The position numbers and the translations under genes are program-made. This document shows positions 61,525 through 64,000 of a stretch of 64,000 bases of DNA, one piece after another. Each line of letters starts with the position of its first letter. Position 1 is the stretch's first letter. Location of the stretch: assembly GCA_016840085.1 (NCBI GenBank), contig JAEOTA010000086.1, positions 128,001 through 192,000 on the forward strand. Direction: 5' to 3'. The notes beneath the pieces were generated by a model. The model was given only the letters and a program-made list of their open reading frames with translations. It was not told the DNA's origin and made no database searches. The stretch is from Promethearchaeota archaeon. GTDB taxonomy: Archaea; Asgardarchaeota; Lokiarchaeia; Sigyniarchaeales; SOKP01.

Positions 61525-63213
61525 TTATCTACCTCCAAATGCATATATTTCAGATAAAATCTGCTCATCTGTAAAGTGTCTAATAACAATCGCATGATTA
61601 GTACAAGTTGCACCACATAGTCCACACCCCTTACAAAGTACCTGAGTTATTTCAATTTCATCATCTTCATTCTTATTTATGGCTTTATATGGACAAACAG
61701 TTATACATACTTCACAACCAGTACATAAATTCTTGTTATATTCAGGTAAAAACGAAGTGGCGCCCTCTACTTCTATAGTATCATGGGATATAATTCTACT
61801 TGCCCTTGCGGCAGCAGCATATCCTTGAGTTATGGATTCTGTAATATCTACAGGCCATTTTGCTGCACCACATATGAACACTCCATCTGTAGCAAAATCC
61901 ATGGGGCGTAATTTTACATGAGCTTCTAAAAAGAAATTATTTTCTTCTAAAGGAACTTTTAGCAATTGAGCAAGATCCTTATTATCATCATTTGCAACTA
62001 AGGGAGTTGATAAAACAAGAAGATCATAGGGTATAATCATCTCTTCTCCAATATATTCATTAAATACTTTTATGTTTTTATCTTCTACTATTGGTTCTTT
62101 TTCAAGTTTATAGTCAATAAAGATAACTCCTGCCTCTCTCGCTCTTCTATAATATTCTTCATAATAAGTCCCAGGAGTATATAAATCTCTAAATAATATT
62201 GTTATATTTGTCTCAGGATTTTCTTCTTTAATAAGTAATGCATTTTTCAAGGCACTCATACAACACACATTTGAACAGTATACTCTTTCATCATTGCGAG
62301 CTCCTACACATTGTATCATTACGACATCTTTTGCCTTTACTTCATTATTTGCTAATTTATTTTCTAATTCATGTTGAGTAATTCTTATTTTACCGTCATA
62401 ACCAAATAATCCAGTTGGTGTAAAGAGAGAAGCACCTACTGCTACAATAATTACTCCTATAGTTAAATCAATATTTTTACCCTTTTGCTCAATTTCAATC
62501 TCATAATTCCCAACAAAACCTTCTATACTTTTTACTCCTGCTGAAGTATACACAGTTAAATTCGGATTACTCTCAACTCTTTTATTTAGACTTTCTAAAA
62601 GCTCAGAGGCATCTTGACCTGTAGGGAATAATTTATTTAAAGTATTCAACCTGCCACCTAACTGATTTTCTTTTTCAATTAAATGTGTTTCAAATCCTTG
62701 ATTTGCTAAGCTCAAAGCAGCAGTCATTCCTGCAACACCTCCACCAATCACTAATGCAGTTGGAGTAGCACCAACAATAATATTTTCAAGTGCTTCAAGT
62801 TTAGCGACTTTTGCTGTACCCATTCTTATTAAGTCTTTAGCTTTTTCAAAAGCTTCTTTTGGATGTTTTTGATGTACCCAGGTGTCCTGATCTCTTATAT
62901 TTACGAATTGGAAGAGATATCTGTTAACTCCTTCTTCAGAGATACAATTTCGGAATAATGGTTCGTGAGTTCTTGGAGTACAAGATGCAACAACTACACG
63001 ATTTAAATTGTGTTCTCTAATCCCCTTTTTAATCTGTGCTAAACCTGTTTCTGAGCATGTATAGAGATTATCCTCTGAAAAAACTACATTAGGTAAGGTA
63101 TTAGCATATTTAGCTAATTCTTTAACATCTATTAAACCACCTATATTTGTACCACAAGAGCATACGAACACGCCAATTCTTATTTCCTCCTCATTTTCGT
63201 TATTCTCCGGCAT
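61525..63213 (-). CDS. hdrA: HdrA-like protein (equivalent to the C-terminal half of the large HdrA)
   Basis: RIGVFVCSCG, SCTPRTHE, GGGVAG, EAHVKLRP; ATG at 63213 follows AGGAGGG. Confidence 0.93.
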   Translation of the reverse strand: MPENNENEEEIRIGVFVCSCGTNIGGLIDVKELAKYANTLPNVVFSEDNLYTCSETGLAQIKKGIREHNLNRVVVASCTPRTHEPLFRNCISEEGVNRYLFQFVNIRDQDTWVHQKHPKEAFEKAKDLIRMGTAKVAKLEALENIIVGATPTALVIGGGVAGMTAALSLANQGFETHLIEKENQLGGRLNTLNKLFPTGQDASELLESLNKRVESNPNLTVYTSAGVKSIEGFVGNYEIEIEQKGKNIDLTIGVIIVAVGASLFTPTGLFGYDGKIRITQHELENKLANNEVKAKDVVMIQCVGARNDERVYCSNVCCMSALKNALLIKEENPETNITILFRDLYTPGTYYEEYYRRAREAGVIFIDYKLEKEPIVEDKNIKVFNEYIGEEMIIPYDLLVLSTPLVANDDNKDLAQLLKVPLEENNFFLEAHVKLRPMDFATDGVFICGAAKWPVDITESITQGYAAAARASRIISHDTIEVEGATSFLPEYNKNLCTGCEVCITVCPYKAINKNEDDEIEITQVLCKGCGLCGATCTNHAIVIRHFTDEQILSEIYAFGGR

Positions 63214-63277
63214 GCTAGTATATCCCTCCTTCATTTAAATTAATATTCAATTTTCGATAAATTACAATCATGTCAAA

Positions 63278-63313
63278 ACCAATTCTTATATCTTCACTTT
63301 CTTTTTCAGACAT
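63278..63313 (-). pseudogene. Relic 5' start of another hdrA-like gene
   Basis: An ATG 7 nt after the upstream stop reads MSEKESEDIRIG, matching MPENNENEEEIRIG of the next gene, then loses similarity. Confidence 0.5.
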
Positions 63314-63320
63314 TTTCTCT

Positions 63321-64000
63321 TTAACCTCCTCTAATAACTTCTGCAGCTCTTGCTGCTGCTCCACTGGCTTCAGCAACAGAACGAGGTATATCCATTGGTT
63401 CACGAGCACAACCACATGTAAAAATCCCTTCTGCACTTGTCTCTACTGGTAAAAATGGATTTGTTTTTACAAAATTATATTCATTTAATTCAATCCCTAA
63501 TACATCTGCTAATTTCTCAATTCCTTTTGATGGAATTATACATGTTGCTAAAACGGCTAAATCTACCGTTAATTGTTTTATTTCAGATGTATCATAATCT
63601 TCATAAGTAATAATAGGACTTTCCTCATCATTAATATCAATATGCGAAATTTTACTTTTAATATATTTTATATTATAATCATTTTTGCCTCTACGAAGAA
63701 AGGATTGAAAACCTTTACCTCCCGCTCTCATATCAATATAAAAAACATATGATTCTAAATCATTATTATGTTCATAAGCTATCATAGCAGCTTTACTACT
63801 ATACATACAACAAATAGAAGAGCAATATTTATGATCTCTATCTGACCGTGAACCTATACATTGTAAAAACGCAATTCTTTTAGGATCTCTACCATCAGAT
63901 AATCTTTTTAAGTGACCTTCAAGAGGTCCTGAGGCACATATTAATCTTTCAAATTCTAAGGCAGTTACTACATTTTTATATTCTTTATAACCATAGTTTG
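63321..64000 (-). CDS. hdrA: HdrA-like protein (N-terminal-half type), 5' end beyond window
   Basis: Frame is open to the edge: NVVTALEFERLICASGP...IAFLQCIGSR...YCSSICCMY...PMDIPRSVAEASGAAA. Confidence 0.92.
   Translation of the reverse strand, partial: NYGYKEYKNVVTALEFERLICASGPLEGHLKRLSDGRDPKRIAFLQCIGSRSDRDHKYCSSICCMYSSKAAMIAYEHNNDLESYVFYIDMRAGGKGFQSFLRRGKNDYNIKYIKSKISHIDINDEESPIITYEDYDTSEIKQLTVDLAVLATCIIPSKGIEKLADVLGIELNEYNFVKTNPFLPVETSAEGIFTCGCAREPMDIPRSVAEASGAAARAAEVIRGG

Noticed and set aside
63215-63452. 73-aa and 60-aa ORFs at the hdrA junction
   Set aside because: They overlap hdrA in other frames; only the 12-codon relic start is meaningful.
53165-64000. Selenocysteine (UGA) recoding in hdrA/mvhD, known in Lokiarchaeia
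   Set aside because: All frames are uninterrupted with Cys at the motif positions; the 161-aa ORF at the edge is short only because of the window boundary.

Overview
This is an AT-rich archaeal chromosome segment, almost certainly from a Lokiarchaeia/Promethearchaeota (Asgard) genome. The assignment rests on a bona fide actin (lokiactin), a Rab-like GTPase, a roadblock protein and an Sds22-type LRR protein sitting among archaeal information genes (cdc48, fen1, nob1, eIF5A, srp54, hef, rpo6, dpo4). From left to right the window holds: the edge of an accessory region (zinc-ribbon gene fragment, phased repeats, small RHH-like ORF, repeat-rich surface protein); a housekeeping block; a dispersed sugar-catabolism neighbourhood with two unusual fusion proteins; purine, NAD and TldDE genes; an intron-containing tRNA-Val(CAC); the actin locus; and a large hdrA/mvhD/flx/frhB cluster cut by the right edge. 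The most striking observation is a ~1 kb cassette directly after tRNA-Val(CAC). It encodes only a tandem-HNH nuclease and ends in a second, insert-bearing copy of the tRNA 3' end, with no integrase. This is a candidate minimal tRNA-targeting homing element that swaps the tRNA 3' end. All calls are from reading motifs by eye; no searches were run.
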